Source: Dicyema japonicum (lineage: Eukaryota > Animalia > Dicyemida). From it: a stretch of DNA of 64,000 nucleotides. The stretch is taken from assembly GCA_011109175.1 (NCBI GenBank), contig RDEW01000078.1:9239-73238 (forward strand), read 5' to 3'. This document shows positions 9,824 through 21,252 of this stretch, one piece after another (the first letter of the stretch is position 1; the number at the start of each line of letters is the position of its first letter). The notes under the pieces were generated by a model. It saw nothing but the letters and a program-made list of their open reading frames with translations. It did not search any database and had not been told where the DNA came from. Both the position numbers and the translations under genes were made by a program.

Positions 9824-12800
9824 AAATCTGTCAGCGGAAATTTTCAATATTAATTTGTAGAAAAAAAGAAAATAAAGTCTATCCATGTTCGAAGAGTTAA
9901 ATTCATCATAAAATTTCCAATAAACGAAGTAGTCGTCCTTTTAAAAATTAATTTGTAGCTTTTCAAATATAAATTTCACATACTCGCGAATATTTGTCCT
10001 TGAATATCAACACAGCTCCTTNAAATCTGTCAGCGGAAATTGTCAATATTAATTTGTAGAAAAAAAAGAAAATAAAGTCTATCCATCTTCGAAGAGTTAA
10101 ATTCATCATAAAATTTCCAATAAACGAAGTAATCGTCCTTTCAAAAATTAATTTGTAGATTTTCAAATATAAATTTCCTATACTCGCGAATATTCGACCT
10201 TGAATATCAACACAGCTCCTTAATTGTTGAAAATAACAAAGTTCGTTAACCATTGTTAAAATTCAACTCAAATATTACCTTTGTGATAATGTGACCAGGT
10301 TTAAGCTGGAATCTGCTTATAGGGATCAAACTATCAGTTCTCTTGTCTCCCAACTTTAGAAAAGCAGAATTCTTATAGAGAAAGTCAGAATGCTCTACAA
10401 CTAACTTCAGTTAGGAAAACTCAAGATAATCTGGCATAAATGGAGAATTTGAGGATTAAGTTCCCTCATTTTCCTTATTGTATGACAAAATGATCAAATC
10501 CACGTGTAGGAAGGAATTACTTGATACACAAGCAGATAAATGATGTTTGAGGTTTTTTTGGTTGTTATTGAAGAAGTGTGATTGTTAGTCCAAATTGGTG
10601 AATCCTGGATATACTGCATGTATTGGTTATTTGTCTGATAAATATTTGCAAGGGTCAGTCTCGATGGCAATGCTTTTGGCGGCGCATATTTTCTCGATTT
10701 ATTAAATGAGTGAAAAAGTTTAGATTTTTTGATTTAACTTGTTTATTTCGNATGTTTTTGGCGGCGCATATTTTCTCGATTTATTAAATGAGTGAAAAAG
10801 TTTAGGTATTTTTGATTTAACTTGTTTATTTCGTTTTGTATGAATATAGTAATATTCGTTGCTCTTTTTTTGTTTTTTTACTGGTCGTTGGGTCACGGAT
10901 TTTTAATAACTCAGGAATTACCTGATTGAAGTTTTATCCAAGTATTCCGGTAGGAGAGATTGTATCCTTTCCAAACATCTATTCAAAGTATACGAGAACC
11001 ACTGCAATGGAGTAGATGGAAAGGAATCTTTTTTGGATGCCTACCAAACATTGGAGTCTCCTGGGTAAAGTAGATTCAACAACGCCTCCTTTGATCAAGT
11101 AAATAGCACGTGGGAATCTAAGCCACAGTTAATTGCGATGATAGCGACAACATAACAGTAATCAATTTTCTCGAGGTCGAACGGCCGCTTTTTAGGAATT
11201 TATGGAAGCCTCATGTAATTAAAATTTTAACATAAAAACCGACGGTCGCTCACTTTTTATTAAATGTGAGATAACTTCATCGATATTGTTTTACTAAATG
11301 AACTTATCATAGTAAAATATTGGATTTTAGAAAATATTAAGAATTTCAGAGGGATCAACATAATGTAGAAGCATATAAAGTAATATTTCCACACATGCGA
11401 CACTTGAAACGGTTCTTTTACAATCCTTCCATAAAAGCTTTAAAAAACAGTTATTTCATTTATAAAAATTATTAATTAAGAATGAGAATAAAAATGTTTA
11501 TAACAACTAATTTATTAGCGACGCCAGAATTCCTGAGTTGTCTAGGAGATCGGGTTTTTCCACTAGCAGGAAATCCTAGTGATCACTGCTGGCTATTTTA
11601 GTGGATCCTACTCCCCATCCTTAGAGGGAATAGCCACGCAGTCATGGCAGCCGCCATATGTTTGTTTCTTTATTTTTTTTGTTTGAACAATAAAAATTTA
11701 TTTATCAAATTTATTAATTTAATAAAAATTCAAATGTCAGAAGTATTTATGTTGCGCAGAAAATTGTTAACATTGAATCCAAAACAGTCTTTAAAGCAAA
11801 GAAAAGAAGACAGTTTAGACAATTTTGGTTATCCAGAANTATGTTTGTTTCTTTATTTTTTTGTTTTAACAATAAAAATTTATTTAGCAAATTTATTAAT
11901 TTAATAAAAATTCAAATGTCAAAAGTATTTATGTTGAGCAGAAAATTGTTAACAATGAATCCAAAACAGTTTTTAAAGCAAAAAAAAGAAGACAGTTTAG
12001 ACAATTTTGGTTATCCAGAACGTTAATTAGGTAGGACTTTGGCCAGAAGATTACAGCCAAGAAATGATCTACGTATGGAATGTTGTTCGATCCCTCCTTT
12101 CCTGAGGATTTCGAGAGTCATAGAAAGTCGCATAATGCTCGATAGAGAGTTCTCCAATTTATTCTGGTACCATTTTAACTTAAGACTAGTCAAAATACGT
12201 GGAAAGTCAACTCAAAGTAATAGTCGGCTTCGTGGATGGTCATTTTGCAANTTTAACTTAAGACTAGTCAAAATACGTGAAAAGTCAACTCAAAGTAATC
12301 GTCGGCTTCGTGGATCGGTTCATTATGCAAATTGACAAGACCAGCACCAAAAGTCTCCACAACAAAGTATTCACTTAGGCATACGCAGTTAAAATCAGTC
12401 CTACAAGTATTGACTCAGAATTAGGTGATTTTTCACTCCAATCACAAATACTATATAAGTCATTGCTATTTATCACGTGCTCTGATGAATTGGCTGGATT
12501 ATGCTTCTTGGAATATGTAGCCCAGGTCTTTTTTTTATTTATTACAGGTAGAGTAGGTCGTGAGTTCGTCGGAGATGACTACAGAGTCGTGAAACTGTCT
12601 ACTAGTGTCCCTGTGAAGTTTATGATAAGCAGAATATGGGTAGGTCAGGACTACAGGAGGAAGATGATTGGGACAAGGCTGCTAGATTGTGCTAAGGCTG
12701 TGGAANATGAATTGGCTGGATTATGCCTCTTGGAATATGTAGCCCAGGTCTTTCCTTTATATATTACAGGTAGAGTAGGTCATTGAGTTCGTCGGAGATG

Positions 12801-12928
12801 ACTACAGAGTCGTGAAACTGTCTACTACTGTCCCTGTGAAGTTTATGATAAGCAGAATATGGGTAGGTCAGGACTACAGGAGGAAGAAGATTGGGATGAG
12901 GCTGCTAGATTGTGCTAAGGCTGTGGAA
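9824..12928. repeat. Five short tandem duplications, each joined by a single N
   Basis: 9824-10021/10023-10221, 10670-10750/10752-10833, 11657-11838/11840-12020, 12174-12250/12252-12330 and 12485-12705/12707-12928. N lies at 10022, 10751, 11839, 12251 and 12706. The copies differ by a few substitutions, typical of overlapping haplotype contig ends. Confidence 0.9.
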
Positions 12929-12980
12929 TCTGCTAGTAAAAGTGAGATCATCTTCACTGACCCGACTGATTGATTAGGTC
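12035..12980 (+). pseudogene. ESCO: ESCO/Eco1 cohesin N-acetyltransferase pseudogene
   Basis: DFGQKITAKK*STYGMLFDPSFPEDFESHRKSH (zinc-finger region, both Cys lost: TGA 12065, TAT 12074; TAG 12143). Then FVD..IMQIDK..LHNK|LKSVLQV(fs)IDSELG..KSLLFITCSDELAGLCFLE and ISRIWVGQDYRRKMIGTRLLDC...SKSEIIFTDPTD*LG, which match the ESCO1/2 motifs VDNELG, LLFIS, ISRIWV and FSDPT. A 22-nt intron lies at 12367-12388. Confidence 0.85.
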
Positions 12981-14289
12981 ATATATGGAGAATGAGTCCA
13001 TTTATGTTAAAAATATTTAACTTTTTGTAAATTTAATTTTTATTTTTGTATTCAGAGTGCCTTGTCCAGTAGCGCAGAGCAACAAGTGCCGGGGAAAGGC
13101 CTGGTGGTTTGAATCTGACTGTTGTACATTCCACGCATCTACGATGCTTTGCATTGACGAGTGACGGAAATATGCCGACTTACCCAATGGAATGCAGTTT
13201 ATTCCCCTCCTTTTGGAGACTTTCGATACCATAGGATCCTCGACAGTGGAACTTATGACTTGGGAGTCAGATGGAAGATCTTCGTGAACACCTCTGCATA
13301 TTCGAGCGAGTTTCGCTCTCTACTGTAAAGAAAAAGCCATGCGGTGTGGGCTTCCTTTGAACTTGCTCTCAAAGCACTATCGAAAGAGACGATTATTACT
13401 TCAAATCTCACTGAGTAAACGCGGCACGGAAAACAAATTGCGTTAGAAGTAAAGGAGATAGCCATCCCTCGATAGGAGTGATCACTGAAAGTCATTACCT
13501 TGATGCACGGAAAGTCGTAATAGACCAAGACTAGGAAAACTACTTCAGGATCTTCTACCTATATTCCTGTAGGGGCAATCAGAACCAGAAATTGCATTGA
13601 TGACTAATGTCGGTCACTGAATCAATGACTAATTTTTCTTTAATCCTTAAAATCTTTGTTATGAAGAGGGAATGAAGACCCAAAATCTTTGATTATGTCT
13701 GTATTCATATTTTTACGGACAATCTTTATGATCCATTACCCCTTATCGTCAATTCTCAGTCCAATTGGGAATTTATTCAGCATCTGGAAAACTACATGTT
13801 TCCACAGGAAGTGTTGAAAATGAAAAAAATTAAAAAAAAAGTTTGTTTTTATTCTTAAAAATTTAGTGACGCTATTTGTCGGGAAACCGTACAAGTATGA
13901 TTGGTTGATGATTAATTCGTTCAAAAATTGCAAATATCGAGCGAACAAATGTCAAATCATATATTTCTCGTGATAATCCTAGAAGAGGCCTAAGTTCTTT
14001 TATGAGCCAGAAAATGCTTTTGGAACTTTTTTTACTTAGAAAACAGAAGTATGGCATGCACAGAAGTGACGCAATTCTCCATGCCGACATTTGATTACAA
14101 TTGAATAATATTTACGATGTAAATACATGCATGTTCCTCTATTGAAGTGGATATTAACTACAACTTGAGTTACTCCTATATTGAATAAATAAGAAGAATC
14201 TGCGTTCTCTTATACAAAATTTTGGCTGAGGGATATTATCAACTCGTCTCATTGACTCTTAAAAGGGAATAATCCTCAATGCTCTGAAG

Positions 14290-14700
14290 CCTTATATCGT
14301 CTATTCAGGACATAATTTGTTATTTGCAGTATGTGAGGTCTGCAAAAATTTGAAGAGGACTGATGACTAGTGTTCTCCGCAGTAACGAGGTGGACGTATT
14401 TTTTGACGATCTAAATAGAATTCTGAGACATCGATTTTGTAATATCTCCAGCTTGCTCTGTGCCGATATTGATAAGGGGGCAATCCATGCAGCACAGGTG
14501 TACTCGATACTAAATAGGACAAATTGTTTGTATAGTAGCTCTAACGATGGGCGGAAAGATACTGGAAAGTGAGTGAAGGCCTTGAGAAATCCAATTTTCT
14601 TTTCGATCCTCGCGGTTACTAGGTCCACTTGATGGATAAATGAGAGTTGGGGATCCAGAATGACTCCAAAGATTGAAAGGGGGAAGCGTGGAGGCATACA
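14290..14700 (-). mobile_element. LINE (Jockey/I-like) RT C-terminal fragment
   Basis: ORF 14320-14697: IFGVILDPQLSF..V..V.....KKIGFLK...LYKQFV...IEY..AAW...KLEILQNRCLR. Confidence 0.8.
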
Positions 14701-14934
14701 ATGTTATTCGTGGTGTTGTTCGTAATTCTTTTCGTGTTGAGGCAATCGTCATTACATATGACTTTCCTGGTGATATATTCAGACGGTTCTTCAGGAATCA
14801 AAGATTCATGTCTACTTTCGTAGCTGTCACTTTAGTTCTAAAGGTAAATTATTATTTTTTTAAATTAAACTAATTTTATTAAATATTTTTGGATAAATAT
14901 TCGCTTAATTTTAAACCAAAATCTCAAAAGATAC

Positions 14935-15165
14935 CGGGTGTCACAGTGTAACGAGTGCCAGGCAAGAGGCATAGTTTGAATCCAGCTGATTTATATTTGG
15001 TTTAAGGATCTACGCTTTATAGACAATCCAGTTCCGCAGTGAGTATCCACTGATAACAGCACTCGTTAAACCGTTTTAGCATCGTAGATGCGTGGAACCT
15101 TCCACCAGGTGAACAGCAGCGAAAATCGAACTCGCAACCTAAGTCACTTTAGCCCGACACCTTCA
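14935..15165. mobile_element. tRNA-like SINE head (+, 14935-14995) facing a partial family A SINE (-, 15017-15165)
   Basis: gggtgtcacagtgtaacg...tagtttgaatccagctg resembles the head at 57821. agacaatccagttccgcagtgagtatccac...ccaggtgaacagcagcgaaaatcgaac matches the family A body. Confidence 0.7.
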
Positions 15166-15279
15166 TTAGACAATCTGAACTGCTGGCCCGTTAAGAACAT
15201 TCTACAGACAAGTTCCGAAAAGTCTTATACAACAATTTTTACAACAAACCAGAAGATTGACAAACTCTGCTCCATGTGT

Positions 15280-15800
15280 AACCATAAATGGAAACTCAAT
15301 CCTAACTCGGTCAAGATACTGGGCGTAACATACGACCCACTCTTGACCTTCAGCAAACACATCGACAACGTCATCTCCTCGGCACAACGAAAGCTAAATT
15401 TTGTTAAAACACTCCTTGGACAATATAATGGGTGTTTCAACTCAAATTTGGACTCGCTCTACGTGCAGTATATTCAACCATCTCTAACTTATGGGTGTGC
15501 TACATGGGGAACCATACTATCAAACGCGAATATGAAAAAATAATACATTCAAAAAAATCGCCAGTAAGGCTCTGCAAAGGTTTTCCCAGACACCATTAAA
15601 CCCTACACAATTTGAGGAATTAATGAGGAAAACCGGAGTTTTACTACCATTCCAAAAAGTAAGAACCCACGCCCAATCAGGAAATGCGTTGGAACCCGGG
15701 AGGAACACCGAGCAAGAATGAGATGGCTATTCGAGGCGGCCGGAATCACCTGACGGCTATTAGTCATTTAATTAGTCGGTGATTTTGGGTTTTTAATAAT
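15280..15800 (+). mobile_element. LINE RT C-terminal fragment with (AAT)n tail
   Basis: SVKILGVTYDPLLTFSKHIDNVISSAQRKLNFVK...LYVQYIQPSLTYGCATWG. Confidence 0.8.
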
Positions 15801-15834
15801 AATAACAGTTGTCTTAGATGATAAATACATTCCT

Positions 15835-16125
15835 ATTATCAGTGGTTAGTACTTTCACTCCTGGGTTCGATTCCCGTAACGCTATCAAACTGGTCGAACG
15901 ATTTCTTACTGTTCTATGTCATCTTAGAGCTTCGTGAGATTTACCTGTCTCGGGAAACCCAAAGCCTTTGCCTTGCATCCAAAAAGGATCCATCTTTTCC
16001 CCACTACGCCCAAGTGGTCCCAAGATATGGACAAATTCGTATCCTGAAAAAGAAGTGTCTTATTCCTGCCACGTGAACTGGATATACCCTAATTAGATAT
16101 TAACTAACTCTGAACCTATTTTCTG
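15835..16125 (+). mobile_element. tRNA-derived SINE, family B
   Basis: Head AGTGGTTAG...GGGTTCGATTCCC, then gaacgatttcttactg and the core caaaaaggatcc...gaactggatataccctaattaga. Confidence 0.75.
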
Positions 16126-17039
16126 TATATACTGGGTCATCGAATAAATAAATAATTCCCATCAAAAGGCAAAGCTATCACTCTTCCTCACTCACACATT
16201 CCCTAGCAGCACAACCATTAAGAAGTCGACTTTCAGGAATCATTTTTCTTACCAAGAAAAAGATCCGTTACACGACCGCCCTTAGTTACGATAATCTCAC
16301 ATAACTCGTGGAATGTCATAGAATCTCAATATCGCTAAACATTGAAAAATTGTGTTTCATATCAAAACTTAGCCAACTGAAAACCTTAGTGTGCTTGATC
16401 TACTTCAAGATGATTTCGATTCTTTTTTCAGAATAATCTTGATAAGAATGATTCCCGGACACTTTCAAACGATGCCATGAAAATTGTCTTAGCAAATGAA
16501 AAGTCTCCACAATCTTTTGCGAATCCGTCTTGAAATTCCCATTTAACAGCTTGTCACGAGGATTTTTTGTCACCGTCATTTTTAATCTGTTTTTACATGG
16601 CCTATTGGCTGGCTCACACGAACTAGTTACTGCTATCTTTTACAACATTTTTTTAATCGACTAAACATAATATTGAAATCGAATTTTGAAACCGCGGACA
16701 ATATTAATTACCTCCAATAGTGGATTGATTATCTCTGTCCTGGACAGGTTCTGATGGTCAATAAATTTCATAGATGAAACAGTAAAATATTCGATTCTCA
16801 TTTGATTCTAAAGACTTTTGGGAGACCTAATTAATTTCAGCCCCTTGTCTTAAAAAAACTAAATTTCGTTCAAAAAAAATTTCTGAAAAAATACATAGGC
16901 ATATGAGGCTAAATTGAAACCCCTCTTTTAAACACTAATTGCTCTCCTTGAAAAGTTGGACCCCAGAATTATTTGAGGAATTTATTAATTTTTTCAATTT
17001 ATTAACTCGGGATACACCGGAAAGAAGCTAACAGTAAAC

Positions 17040-17330
17040 AACTAGTTAAGTTTAGTTTCCACTTTACAGAAACAGAGTCCTTTAACGTCACACAAATCCA
17101 TTCGGAACTAGCATAAAAGGTAGAGGACATCAATTCCTTGCAGATGAGGAAACATCTCCAGTGGAGTGAAGAGAGTAAACGATCTTTTTGAATGCCAACC
17201 TGTCACTGGATGCTACCTGGTGGATCACAGGACGCCATAATAGTGGGAAGGAAAAGAAAAGAAACAGACAAAACAAACAAAAATCTTGAGGAATTTATGA
17301 ATGCTGAATTCAATCTACGTTGGAAGTTTT
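17040..17330 (-). mobile_element. SINE family B
   Basis: Reverse complement (tggcgtcctgtgatccacc...ggcattcaaaaagatcg...tccactggag) aligns with 40190-40400. Confidence 0.7.
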
Positions 17331-18399
17331 TGATGATCTGTGGTATTTATTCACCTGTTAAAAATAAATATATAAAGAAAACTATTTATCTTTTAGTTTT
17401 ATTTAAAATTCAATGATCCGCTTAAGATCTTGTACTTGCAACGTGTGTTAGACAGGAGATCTGAGAAAGGTAAAGAAAGCAATGCGACTTGTCACCATCC
17501 TCTCTCATTAAGTTTCTTCATTACTACCTCTCCATTATTTAAAGTAATGCAATTATTACTACAACACTAACATTATTATCATCATTTTACATTTCTCACT
17601 ACAAACAAAACCATCATTTAAAAAATTAATATTTTATTAATTTTTTATTTTATAAATTTATTATGATTAGGACTAAACCACAATAATGCATCTCCAAACT
17701 GGACTCAATGTATATCACTTTAGATTTTTGGAAGCGCTCAGCGGGCACTTAATGCGCCTCGAAAAAGAACCAATAGCTTCTTTCCTCCGGGGAGGTTTCT
17801 AGCTCTCCGGCGACACACTCCTAGCAAGGCTTCAGTTTTACGGAATAACTCAACAGCTTAGAGAAAGAGCAGATCGACTACTGCGCTACAATTAAACATT
17901 AATGGAATAAGAGGAAATATCCTGGAACTACTCTCTATTATATAAACATAATATTAATATTGTACTTATCCAAAAGACCAAACTCATTACAAATAGTCAT
18001 TCCCCGGAAATAAACATATAAATTATATTCAACGAAATGCTCTAAACACATTTTCTTGACCTCTTGGTGCACAAACCCGGAAAACCCAAGCGATAATATT
18101 ATTGAAGTCTTCAGAATACTCTCAAATGTTATCCTAAAGAGAATTAGACAGAAATACTTTTATGTGAGTCCGAACAGCTTCAGAAGTGAAGAATCGACTT
18201 CAAATGTTGTCTGAGTCATCGAAGACCAATATGTGATGTATTAATATACAAAGACAAAAATTGGTTTAGATCTCCCCCTGTATTTGAGTTCTAAATAAAG
18301 GAAGACTAATTGATGTTTACGAGATTTTTTTATACGAAAACCGTGAGTCATCGGAATACTATTGTGAAAAAGGCCTGCATGTTTAGGTTCATGGAAATT

Positions 18400-19000
18400 C
18401 ATGACACATGTTGTAGATAAGGTGATTTCCTATCCGACGTGAAGAAATTTAATCAAATAACATATTGTCGAATACATTATTCCGAAAAAAAACATAAATG
18501 AGATTTTTAGAACACCGCTTTACTATTCTACTCATAGCTTGGCCAATATGGTATAAATACAATTGGGGAAATAAGTATCCCACAAACTAATTTTCGATTA
18601 TTAAAAAGAGAGGTCTTATACGAGTGAATTAAAACCTCGTTTATTTTAGAAACAGTGTTAAAATGGTTTTTGTCTAAAAATTCATCCCAAAACGTATAAA
18701 TAAACATAAGGTTTACTAAGATTTTGAATTCGATTCTCGTCTGATTGAATCCTGAAGGAAACCGATTATCAGCGGAATTCAAATGAAAATAGAAACAATT
18801 TGGAAGAGGGTCGTCTGTTATTTCCGTCAAATTTGATATTTTTCTTTCTTTTATTTACCCCCCAGTACTTTCAAGTAAAAAAAGCAGTGGTTAAAAGGAA
18901 AGTAATAGCCGGAAGCGGGCGGTATCGATAGATAAGATGACTCACTTTTTTGGTCATTAAGGATCCTCTTCCTTGTCAATCCGGGATCACTTTTTCCTTT
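18400..19000 (+). mobile_element. BEL/Pao LTR retrotransposon remnant
   Basis: Decayed FYLP....AVVK..SNSRK.RAV.D resembles the BEL RT motif YLPHH.V.K...TTK.R.V.DAS. Confidence 0.4.
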
Positions 19001-21252
19001 TAATACAGTCATCCCGTGGAAATAAATACTCCATTTAAGAATGTTAGTAAATTAAATCTAAGAATCTCAGAGGTTTCAGCTCCAACGGACTTGAACATTA
19101 GGTGATTTATTGTATAGAAGTTTCTTTAGTAAAAAAGGATTCCGAACCACATGTAGAACATAGTTCTACAATTGTGGGGTTAGAAAGAATTGAATTCAAT
19201 CATCAACGATCGTTTGCAACTTCTCTTAAGTCTCCAAATGTTCTCCGCATTTATTCAGATGTGTGACTCGTGGGCGTCTACTGATCTCATTTGTTGATCA
19301 ATTTTAAATAACATATGTCATTTTATTAATTTTCGTGTTTTGGAATTTTTTAATTTTAACAATATCTTGGTTTTTTATTGCGTGGTCATATGAGTGGAAG
19401 ATATGTTCGCAGTGGAAGATAAGTTTGAAAAGTTTAATTCAGTGATAGATCGGGTTTTGGAAGTGGAAATCATGTGTGAAAATGCTTAAAAGCCGTTTGC
19501 GCTTTCAAATTTTAATGTAAAGCTTACAAAAATTATCAGTCAGTAATCAAAAACCACAGTTCTAATTAAGAGAACCTTAACTCAAACATTAATTAAAGTC
19601 AAAAAGAAGACAGAAAAAACCAGCAAATTAATTGATGAGTTTGCAGTAAGGCTGGCAGAGTCAACTTAGACACCACATCCAACTTTTACCTATGAAATAA
19701 CTTTTTAATTGGCCAATAGTCCTTATACCACTCTCAAATTTAGATAGTATTTTTAGAGCTCGATTACAATTTATATGATAATTAAATGAAATATTTTCTT
19801 GTTCTTTTAAATTCATCGAATTTCAGTACCTCTTCGTATTCAAATGAAAATGTAAGAGTGATTTTAACATCAAAGTAGTTTTCTTAATCCGTTGTTAATA
19901 GGATCTTTGAATGATCACTTTTGATCGATACACACTCTATTAGATGTTCAAAGGCCTTGGTTTCACCCCGGATTTCTTGATGATTTTGAAAATCTAAAAG
20001 ACAAAACATTTTCACAAAATTATCTTTCAGCACGGCACCATTTTTTAATGTTCCCAGCATGATTCAAAAATCTTCACTTTTCTGTTAAGAATAAGGCAGA
20101 GTAATCATCCTTATATTAAAGTATAGTGACATATAGGACTTCCTCTTAGTGGTCAATGAGTTTGATTTTCCAGATTCTTTGTAATCTGCTGAATTGGGTC
20201 AACAGATAATTAAAATTAATATCAGAGCTCTTAAAAATATGTTGAAATAACTAAATTAAATAGATAATCTATATTAAAGATCTCTATTGCCCAAGATAAT
20301 AAGGACACAGCGTGGAAGTAAAGATTCTTGGATGATATATGCTTATAACTAAAATCTGAGTTAAATTCCACAAAATAATTAACTAAAATGAGGGATATTT
20401 TGTACTAAGTCATTGGGGATAAACAATTAGAACTTCATATTCTAAAATTTGAATTTATTAAATAATTTTTATAAAAAATATTCAATGATTGACTATTTGA
20501 AGATTTGTAAGAAGTACATTAGAGTTTAGTTAGTTACTATTAACATATGGTAGTCAAACAACTAGTCCTACTCCTGTGCACTTCCACAAACTTCTCAGAG
20601 TGAGCAGAGGACGTAAACAAGTGGGAATCTTTAATGAAGAGATATATTTATGCGAGTAGTTCATGAGTCAGAGTATGTTTGCAGTTAGAAATATGCTGGG
20701 AGACTGTGAAAGAAACTGCGCAATTTTATTCCAAGAGTGGCTTACACTGCTTGAATAACATTTAATAAAATGCTGAATTACAATAAAGTCAAATATTAAA
20801 AAAAATTGAGAATCAGGCAATTTATCATTTGTTAGAATAATATAAGGAAATATTTTATGTAAAATTATCAATTTAATTAAATTCTTTCCGATATTGCATT
20901 ACACAACCAGTTGCGATAAGTGTTTGAAATTAATTCAAAAAATTACATTATTTCAATTTAACGTGACATTTGCTTTTCTTTAATATGACTAAATACAAAA
21001 AACTACTGCATGTTTAAAGACCAGCAAAAATGTGACTATACAATGCCTTCACACTAACCATAGTGCTCTATAACTCGGGAACGTGAAGACTAACTAAAAA
21101 CTACTCAAGAAATTTATTTCGAATTTATATACTACAATAAACTTAAAATAGTCTTTTTAAGTATCTTATATATGAAAAAGGTTATCTTTCAAAAACACGC
21201 TACTTTCACTATATAAGCAATCCACATATAAGATGAAACAAAAAGATAACAA

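Noticed and set aside
12065-12076. TGA at a conserved Cys of ESCO as evidence of stop-codon recoding
   Set aside because: The second Cys is also lost (TAT), and a TAG and frameshifts are present. Ordinary decay explains it.
9824-12928. Cluster of five tandem duplications as a biological amplification hotspot
   Set aside because: Each junction is exactly one N and the copies differ like alleles. This is the signature of scaffolding overlapping contig ends.
13017-13530. Possible RNase H or transposase remnant
   Set aside because: Motif spacing does not fit (FHWV..H is too far from the putative D-S motif), so it cannot be supported.
15088-15543. 151-aa ORF as a novel fusion gene
   Set aside because: The 5' part is the antisense of a SINE head running by chance into a LINE RT fragment.
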